This document shows positions 39,247-48,130 of a DNA stretch of 64,000 nucleotides, piece after piece. The notes under the pieces are model-generated. The model saw only the letters and a program-made list of their open reading frames with translations. It did no database searches and was not told the DNA's origin. How positions within the stretch are numbered: the stretch's first letter is position 1; every line of letters begins with the position of its first letter. Origin of the DNA: a virus; IMG/VR virus record IMGVR_UViG_2849231242_000001; one strand, given 5' to 3'. The position numbers and the translations under genes are program-made.

Positions 39247-39425
39247 ACGCCTCCCGCAGCTGCTGTTGGGCGGCGCGCGCACACCACGCACTTGCCGTAC
39301 TGGTGCAATTGCTTTGCCGGCGCCTCTTTCCCGCAGGCACATTTCTGCTTACTTCTAACGGACGGGCGCATGGCAGCGGTGCGCTCCCGATACCTGTCCG
39401 TGGTACTCACGTATCCCATGCGCAT
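39243..39425 (-). CDS. Small zinc-ribbon protein
   Basis: KCACGKEAPAKQLHQYGKCVVCARRP (CxC...CxxC). Confidence 0.45.
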   Translation of the reverse strand: MRMGYVSTTDRYRERTAAMRPSVRSKQKCACGKEAPAKQLHQYGKCVVCARRPTAAAGGV

Positions 39426-39712
39426 TACACCGCCCTCCACTTGTTTCCGCGCGTGCACCGACCAGCAGAGACGATTTTTCCACTACGGCGCAGCCGCTGC
39501 AGTACGGGATAGAGCGATTCGGATTCAACGCCAAGGGCAGTGGCAATATCGCCGACGGCAATATCGGGATTTTCCTTGACCAGCTCCAGGGCGGAAACCT
39601 CCGTTGAAGAGTCCGCACGGACACCAGTAAAGACGGCGGCGCGCTTCGGCCTGCCTCCACCGCGTGCTGCCATGACATCCTGCTGAGCAATGAAATGTTC
39701 AAACGCGTTCAT
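39425..39712 (-). CDS. Winged-helix DNA-binding protein (96 aa)
   Basis: Start at MNAFEH. PDIAVGDIATALGVESESLYPVLQRLRRSGKI. Confidence 0.45.
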   Translation of the reverse strand: MNAFEHFIAQQDVMAARGGGRPKRAAVFTGVRADSSTEVSALELVKENPDIAVGDIATALGVESESLYPVLQRLRRSGKIVSAGRCTRGNKWRAV

Positions 39713-40041
39713 GCCGCCACTCCCAAGTCCGAAAACCAGGTACGAACTGGCATGCCGATTGGCGGCGCCTGGGTGGCGGGAATAACGGAGCAGCACGACG
39801 GTGGCCGGCCTGCAATAAAAAAGACGATCGACCGTGCGCCTGGCGACAGGTCACTGGCAATGTGGCCAGTTTCCTCCAAAGCCTGCAGGGCCCCGCGAAT
39901 CTCCATCGCCTTGAAAGCATGCGACGCGCGGACGGCATTGCCGATTTGCGCGGCCGTCAGCGGGGTAGCCACTTCCAGTAGTTGATCAAGGACGAGTTTC
40001 TGGCACCGATCAACGGGCTGTGGTAAAGTTCTTTTTGTCAT
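39709..40041 (-). CDS. Winged-helix DNA-binding protein (110 aa)
   Basis: LTAAQIGNAVRASHAFKAMEIRGALQALEETGHI. Confidence 0.45.
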   Translation of the reverse strand: MTKRTLPQPVDRCQKLVLDQLLEVATPLTAAQIGNAVRASHAFKAMEIRGALQALEETGHIASDLSPGARSIVFFIAGRPPSCCSVIPATQAPPIGMPVRTWFSDLGVAA

Positions 40042-40063
40042 GGTAGTTAAGAAATGTAAGAAG

Positions 40064-40091
40064 AAGCCCGGTTGCCGCCGGGCTTTTTTTT
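40064..40091. terminator. Hairpin plus T8 (intrinsic terminator, plus-strand polarity; possibly bidirectional, within the early operon)
   Basis: AGCCCGG-ttgc-CCGGGCT followed by TTTTTTTT (40083-40090). Confidence 0.55.
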
Positions 40092-40140
40092 GTCCAGCGT
40101 TTACGCACGCTGTAGAGCGGGCAGTCTTCCTGCCGATGTT

Positions 40141-40446
40141 TTATTTGTACTGCTCTGGCTGTAGGTAGACGATCGCTTCCGCCGGCACCACCTTCATCCC
40201 CGCACATGCCATCGCCAAACACACCAGCGACAGGGTTCCGCTCGACTTGAGGCGCGATATGGTGGATTCATGAACCCCCATCATTTCGGCGATGGCCACC
40301 GCTGTTGTTTTGTCGATGGCCTGCAAGAAATGGGCGTTATTCTTGCGTGACTGCTCCAGAATTTCCGGCGATACTGAGCACGAGTTGAAGTTGAGCACCC
40401 GGCTGAATGCCAAATCGGCGTCGCTTGTTTCGCTTTGGTCTATCAT
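40141..40446 (-). CDS. HTH transcriptional regulator (CII-like position)
   Basis: 101 aa. IAEMMGVHESTISRLK HTH. Second gene of the rightward early operon. Confidence 0.5.
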   Translation of the reverse strand: MIDQSETSDADLAFSRVLNFNSCSVSPEILEQSRKNNAHFLQAIDKTTAVAIAEMMGVHESTISRLKSSGTLSLVCLAMACAGMKVVPAEAIVYLQPEQYK

Positions 40447-40485
40447 TGCGTCCCTATTTAATGCGTAGTAGTGATATCTGTGAAA

Positions 40486-40743
40486 TTAAGCGAGTTTCAA
40501 ATCGCCGAAAATGGCCGGGTTGAGTTGAGCCAGCGTGACGCGCCCATCGAGTACCTTCACGATGTCTTTGCAGCGCTTCGGCGTGGCAAAACCTTGCTCT
40601 ACCCATCGCTGCACACACTGCGGCGTGCAGCCCAACAATCGCGCCAGCGCAGACTGCCCCTTGTCTAACGCCGACACGCCTTTTTCCTGGGCCGACTGCG
40701 CCTTGGCCAGTCTTGCCGCTGTTGCTATCCCAGATTCAAGCAT
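40486..40743 (-). CDS. cro: Cro-like repressor
   Basis: Start at MLESG. HTH SALARLLGCTPQCVQRWVEQGF. Divergent from the CI-like gene across an operator array. Confidence 0.65.
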   Translation of the reverse strand: MLESGIATAARLAKAQSAQEKGVSALDKGQSALARLLGCTPQCVQRWVEQGFATPKRCKDIVKVLDGRVTLAQLNPAIFGDLKLA

Positions 40744-40798
40744 TGTTTCCCTATGTAAATGAGTTAACCGAAATATTACAGTTATACCCATGAAACTG

Positions 40799-40841
40799 CA
40801 ACGAATTGTTGTAGCGTAAACTGACAACTATCGTTGTAAAC
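40799..40841. promoter_or_regulatory. Operator array between cro and cI (GTTGT/ACAAC half-sites)
   Basis: CAACgaattGTTG (40799-40811), GTTGTagcgtaaactgACAAC (40808-40828), GTTGTAAAC (40833-40841). Confidence 0.55.
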
Positions 40842-40849
40842 TATCCATA

Positions 40850-41263
40850 ATGACTAAGTATGAAAATGACTCGACCGTCGAGTTCTCGAAAAGACTTGCA
40901 GCTGCCTTAGAACGCAAGAACGGAGGTAATCAATCCGATCTCGCGCGCAATGTCAATTGCACACCGCAAGCAGTAAATAAATGGCTCGCAGGCAGTCAGT
41001 TTCCCCGCGACCGTATCCTGCGTGTTGTCGCCGATTACTTAGGGGTAACGCCAGAGTATTTGAAATTTGGCACCCCCAATGAACCACCGCCGCCGCCTCC
41101 ACCCAAGTTTTTTCTTATGTACCTTCAAGCCGATGAGGCTGAGTTCATCACTCATGTCCGCGAACTGAGTGAAACGGGCCGCAAGCAATTGCGCGCCTCT
41201 CTGATAAATGCCGAGAAACTACCCCCGGAAGCCCTGCCACACAAGGCCAATGGCACGCACTAA
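40850..41263 (+). CDS. cI: CI-like repressor (HTH_XRE; no S24 peptidase domain)
   Basis: 137 aa. HTH QSDLARNVNCTPQAVNKWLAG. Poly-Pro linker PPPPPPP. Short C-terminal dimerisation-like domain. Confidence 0.65.
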   Translation: MTKYENDSTVEFSKRLAAALERKNGGNQSDLARNVNCTPQAVNKWLAGSQFPRDRILRVVADYLGVTPEYLKFGTPNEPPPPPPPKFFLMYLQADEAEFITHVRELSETGRKQLRASLINAEKLPPEALPHKANGTH

Positions 41264-41265
41264 CG

Positions 41266-41499
41266 CTAGACCAGGCGCAGCTTTGGCGTTGCGCTCTTCG
41301 CAATAATTTCCCGTACTGGCGCCGCCGGCGCCGCCTCGTCGCCAGCGTTCAGCGTCAATGCCACGTTGACCAGGTACAACCTCGATGACAGTGATGCTTT
41401 GTCAAAAGCACCAAGCAGAGTAGCCCGTGCTTCTGCAACTGTCATACGAGAAATATCGATGGCACCGTGGCTGTGCCCATTCAAAATACTGCGCCGCAT
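41266..41499 (-). CDS. Hypothetical small protein convergent with cI
   Basis: 77-aa ORF. Confidence 0.3.
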   Translation of the reverse strand: MRRSILNGHSHGAIDISRMTVAEARATLLGAFDKASLSSRLYLVNVALTLNAGDEAAPAAPVREIIAKSATPKLRLV

Positions 41500-41724
41500 A
41501 GTCTTGCCTTTTCTACAAAATAGTTAATACAAAGAAACGGGCGCTTACTTTGCACTATCCAATCGTTTCCATCAAGACCTATTCCAAGTCGTTGTAAAAC
41601 CTGATCCGCAGAGCGTGATTATTGGTGAGAATTGCAATATTTTATTGCTAAACGCTTGCGTCATTGTAATTTTTAATTGTAGTATCCTGCTGGCAATAAA
41701 TTGCTCTGGCCACCTCTTTTTGAG

Positions 41725-41827
41725 GGCCAACAGTCAAGGCAGCTCACCACGTAGTGGCGGTCAGGCATTCCGCTTGCCGCTTTACTTGCCAGGGAAGCAT
41801 GGGGACGTTGCCTTGACTGTTGGTGCC
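41725..41827. ncRNA. Long-range inverted repeat (15-17 bp arms) enclosing the perfect palindrome CCACGTAGTGG; candidate structured regulatory RNA or site
   Basis: GGCCAACAGTCAAGGCAGC (41725-41743) versus GTTGCCTTGACTGTTGGTGCC (41807-41827). AT-rich surroundings. No convincing ORF. Confidence 0.3.
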
Positions 41828-41953
41828 ATGGGCCGCGCCCAGCCGCCGGCCAGGCGCTCAACACTTTAGGCAAAGCCAATGACCGTACAGCATTTCCCAT
41901 CCCCCGACGCGGGGAAACCCACCCTACCCAGCGCTCAACCAATGGAACCCGCA

Positions 41954-42067
41954 ATGAAACGCCTCTACACCCAGGTGCTGCTTGTCGTCGGCATCGCCCT
42001 CGTCGGCCTGAATATCATGTATCCGTACCCAGCACCTCTAGGCTGCCGCAGCGATATGCTGGCTTAG
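41954..42067 (+). CDS. Small hydrophobic peptide (37 aa, one TM)
   Basis: MKRLYTQVLLVVGIALVGLNIMYPYPAPLGCRSDMLA. Could start earlier (41879 or 41942). Confidence 0.3.
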   Translation: MKRLYTQVLLVVGIALVGLNIMYPYPAPLGCRSDMLA

Positions 42068-42070
42068 CGC

Positions 42071-42274
42071 ATGCCAGCAACAGCAAGCGTGCGCGGCAAA
42101 GTGCCGCGCACCAGGCCACGCACCCCGCCTGACAACCCCGCCCTTAATGCCCTCCTGGAACTGCGCGAGCTGGTCGCCAGTGAAGGCTACGCCATGACGG
42201 CGCTCACGCTGGCCGGCTACCGCCGCGACTTGCTCGCCACCTTCGACAACTACCTCAAAGACTGCACTTCATGA
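42071..42274 (+). CDS. Hypothetical protein (67 aa)
   Basis: ORF with coding GC3. Confidence 0.35.
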   Translation: MPATASVRGKVPRTRPRTPPDNPALNALLELRELVASEGYAMTALTLAGYRRDLLATFDNYLKDCTS

Positions 42275-42813
42275 CAAATCTCATCGAACTGCTGCGGGCC
42301 GGCCACTTGCCGCCTGCAACCGAAATCATCCGTCACCTGGAGCAGGCAGAAGAGCGCAACCGGCTCCAACAGTCCATCATGGATAAGGCGGCCTCCATCC
42401 TTTTGGAAGGGACCGTGTCGGAAGACGGCATTGACCCGGTACAGGCCGATGCCTGCATCGACCAGATCCGCGGCATATTTAACGACATTGGACAAACGAC
42501 GGTAGAGCACAACCTGGGGCTGGTATATGCCAAGGTGGCAGAAATCGCCGGCATCCCGCCGGAAGATGAATTCAATATTTTGGCCGTGCTCGACACATTG
42601 CAGGCAGGGCCAGGAACGGACGAGGCGCCGGCAAGTCGGGAGGATTCGTCTCGCCTGGATCCGCTTGAGCACGCCGGCGGCTTTATGCGCGGCACGGATG
42701 GTGGCGCGCCTGCGTTTCGGATTTTCGGCCGTGATACCTGGCATGACTCTCTTCGCTCCGCGATAGATAAGGGGCAACAGGCCAACGCAGTTGCCACAGT
42801 GGGCGCACAGTAA
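42271..42813 (+). CDS. Hypothetical protein (180 aa)
   Basis: ORF overlapping the upstream gene by ATGA. Confidence 0.4.
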   Translation: MTNLIELLRAGHLPPATEIIRHLEQAEERNRLQQSIMDKAASILLEGTVSEDGIDPVQADACIDQIRGIFNDIGQTTVEHNLGLVYAKVAEIAGIPPEDEFNILAVLDTLQAGPGTDEAPASREDSSRLDPLEHAGGFMRGTDGGAPAFRIFGRDTWHDSLRSAIDKGQQANAVATVGAQ

Positions 42814-43099
42814 AAAACCTTGGCTCACTCTTCCTTATTCGCAAGCCTGCTTTTGCGTTTAACCCCCTTCCCTGCTTGCGGGAAACCAGGGGAACACTTG
42901 CTCTATGGGGGCAAGTTCTTCCACTCCAGGTGGGCATGCCAACCTCGTCAAGGCCGGCTGGACGAATCATCCGAAGGCGCCCCAATTCCACAACATTGAC
43001 CCAAAATTGTAAGTTTTGCCTAATTTTCTGGAATTTCAGTTGCAATTAGGCACTGCGACGAATAATATGCTGAAACAATAGTTTTTTTGAAAGCGGAAA

Positions 43100-44185
43100 A
43101 TGCCCCCTGAGAATGTTTTGCGCCCCTTCCACGGGGTTCGCCTGAAGCTGGCCAAGGAATTCATTGGCTTCATCGGCCCAGACAAAAAATTCCGCGAGCT
43201 TGCAAAAGAAGCAATCGGCGATCTCATTCCGGTGGGCTCGACCAGTGCTCACAAAACATATCACGCCCTTGAGATTCGACGCATCCGTCAAAAAATCTTA
43301 CCGGGCCTGGTAGCAGAAGCGTTCCGAGAGCTGCCGCCAATTATCAACTTCCGCATGTCAAAGGGCGGGACGGGTAAAACGACAGTCAGCGCTAACGTAG
43401 CCACTTGCTTTGCCCAGTGCGGCTACAAGACTTTGGTGATCGACGGCGATCCCCAAGGGTCCTTGAGCATGCAACTAGGATTTGATATCAATCGTTCGCT
43501 GACCCATATTGGCACCCTGTTAGAGCGCCTATCTAAAGCTCAGCCGACACAAATCCATGACGCGGTCGTTCCTGTATATTCCGGCGGAATGCTTGACCTT
43601 ATCCCAGCTGACATTACGCTTGCAAATGATTCATGGATGATTTCGACCATGGGCCGCGAAGCACTTTTACAGCGACTAATGGAGCAAGAATCGGGATTCT
43701 TTAAACAGTATGAAGTGATCATTATTGACTCCGCCCCGGGCGCCTCCTTGCTGACGACTACCTTTATGGCAGCGAGCAATATTATTACGGCCGTGGTCAT
43801 TCCAGAAGCTCAGTCAGTGCTTGCGCTCGAAGTGCTTGAAGGCAACATTGAGGAAATTAATCAATCGATCCGCCGCACCGGGCCCAAACTGGGCCTTCAT
43901 ATTATTGCAAATCGATACCGCCAAACTTATAAATCACACAATGATGCACTTGAGAAATTGGGCTCAAAATATGCCCCCTATCTCAACGACACCATTATCC
44001 GCGACTTTGCTGGGTTTTTACGTGAAACGGATATGAGCGACTTCTCTAAGTCAGCCCCAGTCCTTGAAAAAGAACCAAACAGCGTAGGCGCCCGTGACAT
44101 TATCGATGTGACAAAAGCGCTGATCAAACTCTACAATGTAAAAATGAGTGCAGCCCCATCGGCGGAATTGGCAGCAGCAGCATGA
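43100..44185 (+). CDS. parA: Type Ia partition ATPase ParA (SopA-like, with N-terminal regulatory extension)
   Basis: LPPIINFRMSKGGTGKTTVSANVA...LVIDGDPQGSLSM closely parallels F SopA FPPVIGVAAHKGGVYKTSVSVHLA...LLVEGNDPQGTASM. Deviant Walker A. Confidence 0.85.
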   Translation: MPPENVLRPFHGVRLKLAKEFIGFIGPDKKFRELAKEAIGDLIPVGSTSAHKTYHALEIRRIRQKILPGLVAEAFRELPPIINFRMSKGGTGKTTVSANVATCFAQCGYKTLVIDGDPQGSLSMQLGFDINRSLTHIGTLLERLSKAQPTQIHDAVVPVYSGGMLDLIPADITLANDSWMISTMGREALLQRLMEQESGFFKQYEVIIIDSAPGASLLTTTFMAASNIITAVVIPEAQSVLALEVLEGNIEEINQSIRRTGPKLGLHIIANRYRQTYKSHNDALEKLGSKYAPYLNDTIIRDFAGFLRETDMSDFSKSAPVLEKEPNSVGARDIIDVTKALIKLYNVKMSAAPSAELAAAA

Positions 44186-45282
44186 CAGGCAACACCCCCC
44201 TGACTCCAGATACGGCGCAAGATGCTGAAAAACCACCTGCAAGCGCGCGCAGGCAGGTCAAGTTTTCCGGCCTGGTCAATGCCGGCGTGATATCCCCCAC
44301 GCCGGACATCAATAGCCCCCCTCATTTTGCTAACACATTATCTGGGGCGGCCGCGCCCCAACAGTTGCAGCCATTAGCGGATAGGCCTGTGGCTGCTTTA
44401 ACCATTGACGCTACCCAGAAGGCAGAATGGGAGCTTGTTGAAAATGAAAGCGTTCGCCTGATCGATGTTGACATGGTTGATGACAGCCCATTTCAACCAG
44501 AGGATGAAGCTCGCGATCGCTATAACAGCGAAGGAATTGATGACCTGGCGCATACGATGGCCAGTGCAGGTCAAAAAGAAAACATTATTGTTCGAGTGGT
44601 CAATGGTCGCTTTGAACTGATCGCGGGCCATCGTCGCATCCGTGCCGCTCGCTCACTTGGCTGGGCGAAAATTAAAGCACTCGTTGTCGGAATGAAAGAC
44701 GACCTTGAAGCCGAAAAATCGGTAATGGTCCACAACGAGGGTACTCAAGGCAACAGTGATTATGCCAAAGCTAAACTTTATCAGCGCGCAAAACAGAGAG
44801 GTTTCGCCAAGACCCAAGCCGATATCGCCCATATGTTTGCGACGAAACAGGCGTCAGTTTCTAAACGGCTTGCGATGCTTGAGTTACCAACTCCAATCCT
44901 AAATTTACTTGAATCGCAATTCGACCTTTTCGGCATGAATGCATCTGCTGCGATTCATGAATTGTTAGCTGAGCTCCCATCGGAGACGGATTTAATTACC
45001 AAGGCGGTTGCTCGCATCAAGCACGAAAACGCGAAAGAGAACTCAATTCGCGGGTGGGTTTTGCAGATGGTTCAGTCACGCACCAAACTACTATCTGGTA
45101 AGCCAGGCAAAACCAAGCCCAAGGTAATTACAGACCCAGCAGGGCGCCAGCTGTACACAGCAAAACTTGAAGGCCGTGTTATTACCTTCCGCGTCAGTGC
45201 GGCAGAGCTGGACCCGAGCGTCACCCTCGATGCCATGGTCGAGTATTTCCAGGCCGCAGCAAAAGGAAAAAGCAAAGAATGA
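44182..45282 (+). CDS. parB: Partition protein ParB (SopB-like)
   Basis: ParB N-terminal motif ELIAGHRRIRAARSLGW. Downstream HTH. ATGA overlap with parA. Confidence 0.8.
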   Translation: MTGNTPLTPDTAQDAEKPPASARRQVKFSGLVNAGVISPTPDINSPPHFANTLSGAAAPQQLQPLADRPVAALTIDATQKAEWELVENESVRLIDVDMVDDSPFQPEDEARDRYNSEGIDDLAHTMASAGQKENIIVRVVNGRFELIAGHRRIRAARSLGWAKIKALVVGMKDDLEAEKSVMVHNEGTQGNSDYAKAKLYQRAKQRGFAKTQADIAHMFATKQASVSKRLAMLELPTPILNLLESQFDLFGMNASAAIHELLAELPSETDLITKAVARIKHENAKENSIRGWVLQMVQSRTKLLSGKPGKTKPKVITDPAGRQLYTAKLEGRVITFRVSAAELDPSVTLDAMVEYFQAAAKGKSKE

Positions 45283-45318
45283 AATACTTAAAATATCCAT
45301 TAAAATCAATGACTTATA

Positions 45319-45339
45319 AATTATTCTACTGGAATAATT
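45319..45339. promoter_or_regulatory. Candidate parS centromere palindrome
   Basis: AATTATTC-tactg-GAATAATT, perfect 8-bp arms, 37 nt after the parB stop. Confidence 0.45.
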
Positions 45340-45392
45340 CTCAGATGATTGAGTTTAAGGAGGCGCGGCTATGAAAACCTAGCCCCCTAATG

Positions 45393-45430
45393 AAAAAACC
45401 CCAGCTTGCAGGCCGGGGTTTTTTGCTTTT
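45393..45430 (+). terminator. Rho-independent terminator after the parAB operon
   Basis: CCCCAGC-ttgca-GGCCGGGG hairpin (45399-45418) followed by TTTTTTGCTTTTT. Confidence 0.6.
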
Positions 45431-45492
45431 TGGACTACGAATTTCGTACTTCAAGGTGACAAGGTGATGCCTGAGAACTTCATCTTATCCCC

Positions 45493-46503
45493 ATGTGGTA
45501 CGACCGTCAAACACTTTGTGGCATCTATGCCCATGTGGAGATACTTGTGCGCGCTCAAACCCTAGATGATGTTATTAAACCATACTTGCACCTCCCAACA
45601 GCCATTCAAACGGCCCTGGTCCGTGTTGAAACGCACCCTACTTTTCGCTCGATCACCAAAAGCACCCTGCTGGTACTGAAGGCGCTTGTGTCCCGCGCAT
45701 CGGCAACCAACGGCACGCGCATCATCCATGCACGCCTCGATCGACTGGCCGAGGAAGCGAACGTCAGCTACAAAACGGTGCAACGTGCACTGCGCCAGTT
45801 TCATGAATTCAAATGGGCCAGCCCTGCGAGTGAAGGTCGATCCGAATGGGGCGTGTTCGAGGCAAAGCGCTATCGCCTCTCCCCCGACTTGTGCGCCCTG
45901 GTGCATCTGCCGACCAAGGAAAAGACCGCCTCCGAACTGGAGCAAGAGACAGAATTGTCCGACGGTGCTATATACGTTGATCTTAGTTTGAAAAAAGATC
46001 TCCGGAAGATTTCGATTGAGAATCGAAACGGCGAACCCCCAAAGCTACCCGCTGCCGTTGAACACGTCCCAGGCGAAACAGGCATCAGCCCAACCGGCAT
46101 TTGCAAGCTGCTGGGCATTGCCCGCAAAGCCGGCTACCAGCTCGAACACGTCATTCTGGTTGCCAAGCCCTACCTGGCCAAGATCGGTACAGCCAGCCCG
46201 GGTCGAGCATTCCGCTACCTGCAGGCGATGCTGACGAATCCGAAGAAGGTTGATTACGCGGGTCGCGCTGCCCAGCTGGAGCGTGGTGACGAACCAGATC
46301 CAGCGAAGGCAATGCTCGCCATCGCCAAGCAGTGCCGCCACAAGAAATTCGTCCACGCTACCAAACCCGGCCTGCTGGTCCGCTTCTTCGATGGGGTGGC
46401 TGAGGTATCATGCGCCGGCCAGGTTGAAACGCTCGCAGGGCGCCAGTTGGAGGTGCTGTACGCGGACGTGGCCAAGGGCAAGTTGACGGAGGTAATCGAA
46501 TAA
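45493..46503 (+). CDS. rep: Plasmid/phage replication initiator (Rep, winged-helix)
   Basis: 336 aa. TKSTLLVLKALVSRA...SYKTVQRALRQF wHTH. Follows parAB, as in plasmid replicons. Confidence 0.55.
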   Translation: MWYDRQTLCGIYAHVEILVRAQTLDDVIKPYLHLPTAIQTALVRVETHPTFRSITKSTLLVLKALVSRASATNGTRIIHARLDRLAEEANVSYKTVQRALRQFHEFKWASPASEGRSEWGVFEAKRYRLSPDLCALVHLPTKEKTASELEQETELSDGAIYVDLSLKKDLRKISIENRNGEPPKLPAAVEHVPGETGISPTGICKLLGIARKAGYQLEHVILVAKPYLAKIGTASPGRAFRYLQAMLTNPKKVDYAGRAAQLERGDEPDPAKAMLAIAKQCRHKKFVHATKPGLLVRFFDGVAEVSCAGQVETLAGRQLEVLYADVAKGKLTEVIE

Positions 46504-46985
46504 TGGACCGCGAACGCCAGCTACATCAGCAAGGCTACTGGCGCTTCACGCCCGCCGGCATGGCCATCCCGGGACTGTTCGATGCGATCGACTGGAGCGC
46601 GCGTGAACAGCGCCGATTCTGGCAGTCGCACCAGGTGCGTTTTGCCCAAGTGCCCTTGCCGCTGCAAGCCGCCTTTCTGTTCGCCTACGAGGCAGAACAC
46701 CGGCACACGCCGATCACGAGCATGGAAGCGGCCTATGCGGCGCTGGTGCGCATTTCGGCATTCGGCTACGATACCGGCCCGGGCCTGGCAATCAAGGCAG
46801 CCATGGAAGCTGCCGGCGCCCAGTTGCAGCGCGAAGCGGCGACGGCAATGGAAGCGCGCCAGCGCGCATCGAGCGAAAGGAAGTGGCAGGCGGAACTGGC
46901 GAGCAAGCAGTTGCCGCGCGGGCCGGCGGCGAACCTGGCGCTGATACGCGCGGCGCTCAAGATGCCGGCAAGGGCACTATCGTGA
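46503..46985 (+). CDS. Hypothetical protein (160 aa)
   Basis: ORF, ATGA-coupled to rep. Confidence 0.4.
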   Translation: MDRERQLHQQGYWRFTPAGMAIPGLFDAIDWSAREQRRFWQSHQVRFAQVPLPLQAAFLFAYEAEHRHTPITSMEAAYAALVRISAFGYDTGPGLAIKAAMEAAGAQLQREAATAMEARQRASSERKWQAELASKQLPRGPAANLALIRAALKMPARALS

Positions 46986-48120
46986 TGGCGGCCGCAGTCT
47001 CGGCGTGCCGGGTGGCGTCTTCCTTGTGCAAGTAGCGCCCGGTCGTGCCGATGTTCGCATGGCGCCCGTTCAGTTGGACCGTCTTGAGCGGCACGCCACG
47101 GTCGAGCTGGTGCGTCAGCGATGAATGGCGCAGCCAGTGCGTCGAAGCCTGACCCAGCCGGTGCGCGACTTCATGCTGGCCGTGTTCGTTCGCCAGCTGC
47201 ACCGCGCGGCGCATGATGACCTTCATGGCGGCGGCCACGGCGTTGTGACTGGCGCGCCGCAGCGAACCGCGCGACGACAGTACCAGGGGGACAGTGTCGC
47301 CAGGCGCCGGCATGGCGGCCAGGCCATAAGCCAGCCGATAGCAACGGTACTCATCGAGCAACGCCGCCGGCACCGGCACCTTGCCGTGGCGGCGCCCTTT
47401 GCCCAGAACGTGCAGCCACCAGGCGCCGGCATCATCGCATCGCACGCTGCGCATGTCGGCGCCGGCCAGCTCGGACAAGCGCACGGCCGTGAGGTAAAAC
47501 GCCTGCACCAGGAAGCGCGCCCGCGCGCGGCGCAATGCCGCTGACGGCGTCGACGCTGGCATGTGCTCGGCGGCCAGCAGCATGAAGGCGATGGCCGCCG
47601 GCGGCAGGAAGCGCTCGATGGCTTCATTCGACACCACACGCATGCTGCCCAGCAGCTTGGCCGGGTTGGTTGGGAGATACTGCGCCGCGCGCGCCCAGCT
47701 GAATAAACCCTTGAGCACGGTCAGCGCCTGGACCTGCGACGCCGGCGACAGCGGACCGCAGAAAGGGCGCCAGCGCGGATCGCTGCGCGGATAGCGCTCG
47801 GCCCTGATCCAGTCGTCCGCCGGCGCCGGGTCGGCAAGAAAGGCGGCATAGGCGAGCAGGTCCTCGTAGGCCGTGGTGCGCAAACTCAGGCCGTGCGCAC
47901 GCAACCACAGCACGAAGCGCTCGGCTTCCTTGCGGGCGTTGCGCACGGTACGCGGGGAAAGGTTGGGGCGGCGCAGCCACAAGGCAACGATGCCATCATC
48001 GTCGGCCGCGCGCGTCAGGGCACCAGGGGGGAGGGCAGGGGGAGCTGGCTCCGATGTGACAAGGCGGGTTCCAGACTGGTCCTGCGACGTTGTCAGTTCG
48101 GTAGCCATAGCCCTCCCCAA
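46957..48120 (-). CDS. Second tyrosine recombinase (XerD-like; resolvase or integrase)
   Basis: 387 aa. N-terminal SAM-like domain. Catalytic HWLRHSSLTHQL and HANIGTTGRYLH. Confidence 0.8.
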   Translation of the reverse strand: MGRAMATELTTSQDQSGTRLVTSEPAPPALPPGALTRAADDDGIVALWLRRPNLSPRTVRNARKEAERFVLWLRAHGLSLRTTAYEDLLAYAAFLADPAPADDWIRAERYPRSDPRWRPFCGPLSPASQVQALTVLKGLFSWARAAQYLPTNPAKLLGSMRVVSNEAIERFLPPAAIAFMLLAAEHMPASTPSAALRRARARFLVQAFYLTAVRLSELAGADMRSVRCDDAGAWWLHVLGKGRRHGKVPVPAALLDEYRCYRLAYGLAAMPAPGDTVPLVLSSRGSLRRASHNAVAAAMKVIMRRAVQLANEHGQHEVAHRLGQASTHWLRHSSLTHQLDRGVPLKTVQLNGRHANIGTTGRYLHKEDATRHAETAAAITIVPLPAS

Positions 48121-48130
48121 GGTAGGTCAG

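Noticed and set aside
38789-39358. ORFs 38789..39340 (-) and 38879..39358 (+)
   Set aside because: The composition is junk-like. The YbcO-like frame and the zinc-ribbon frame explain the coding signal in this region.
42820-43099. Possible terminator or operator upstream of parA (CCCCTTCCC...GGGAAACCAGGGG and the inverted repeat GCCTAATT-N18-AATTAGGC)
   Set aside because: The first hairpin is imperfect and lacks a T-run. The second could be a ParA autoregulation site, but evidence is limited to one 8-bp inverted repeat, so neither was annotated as a feature.
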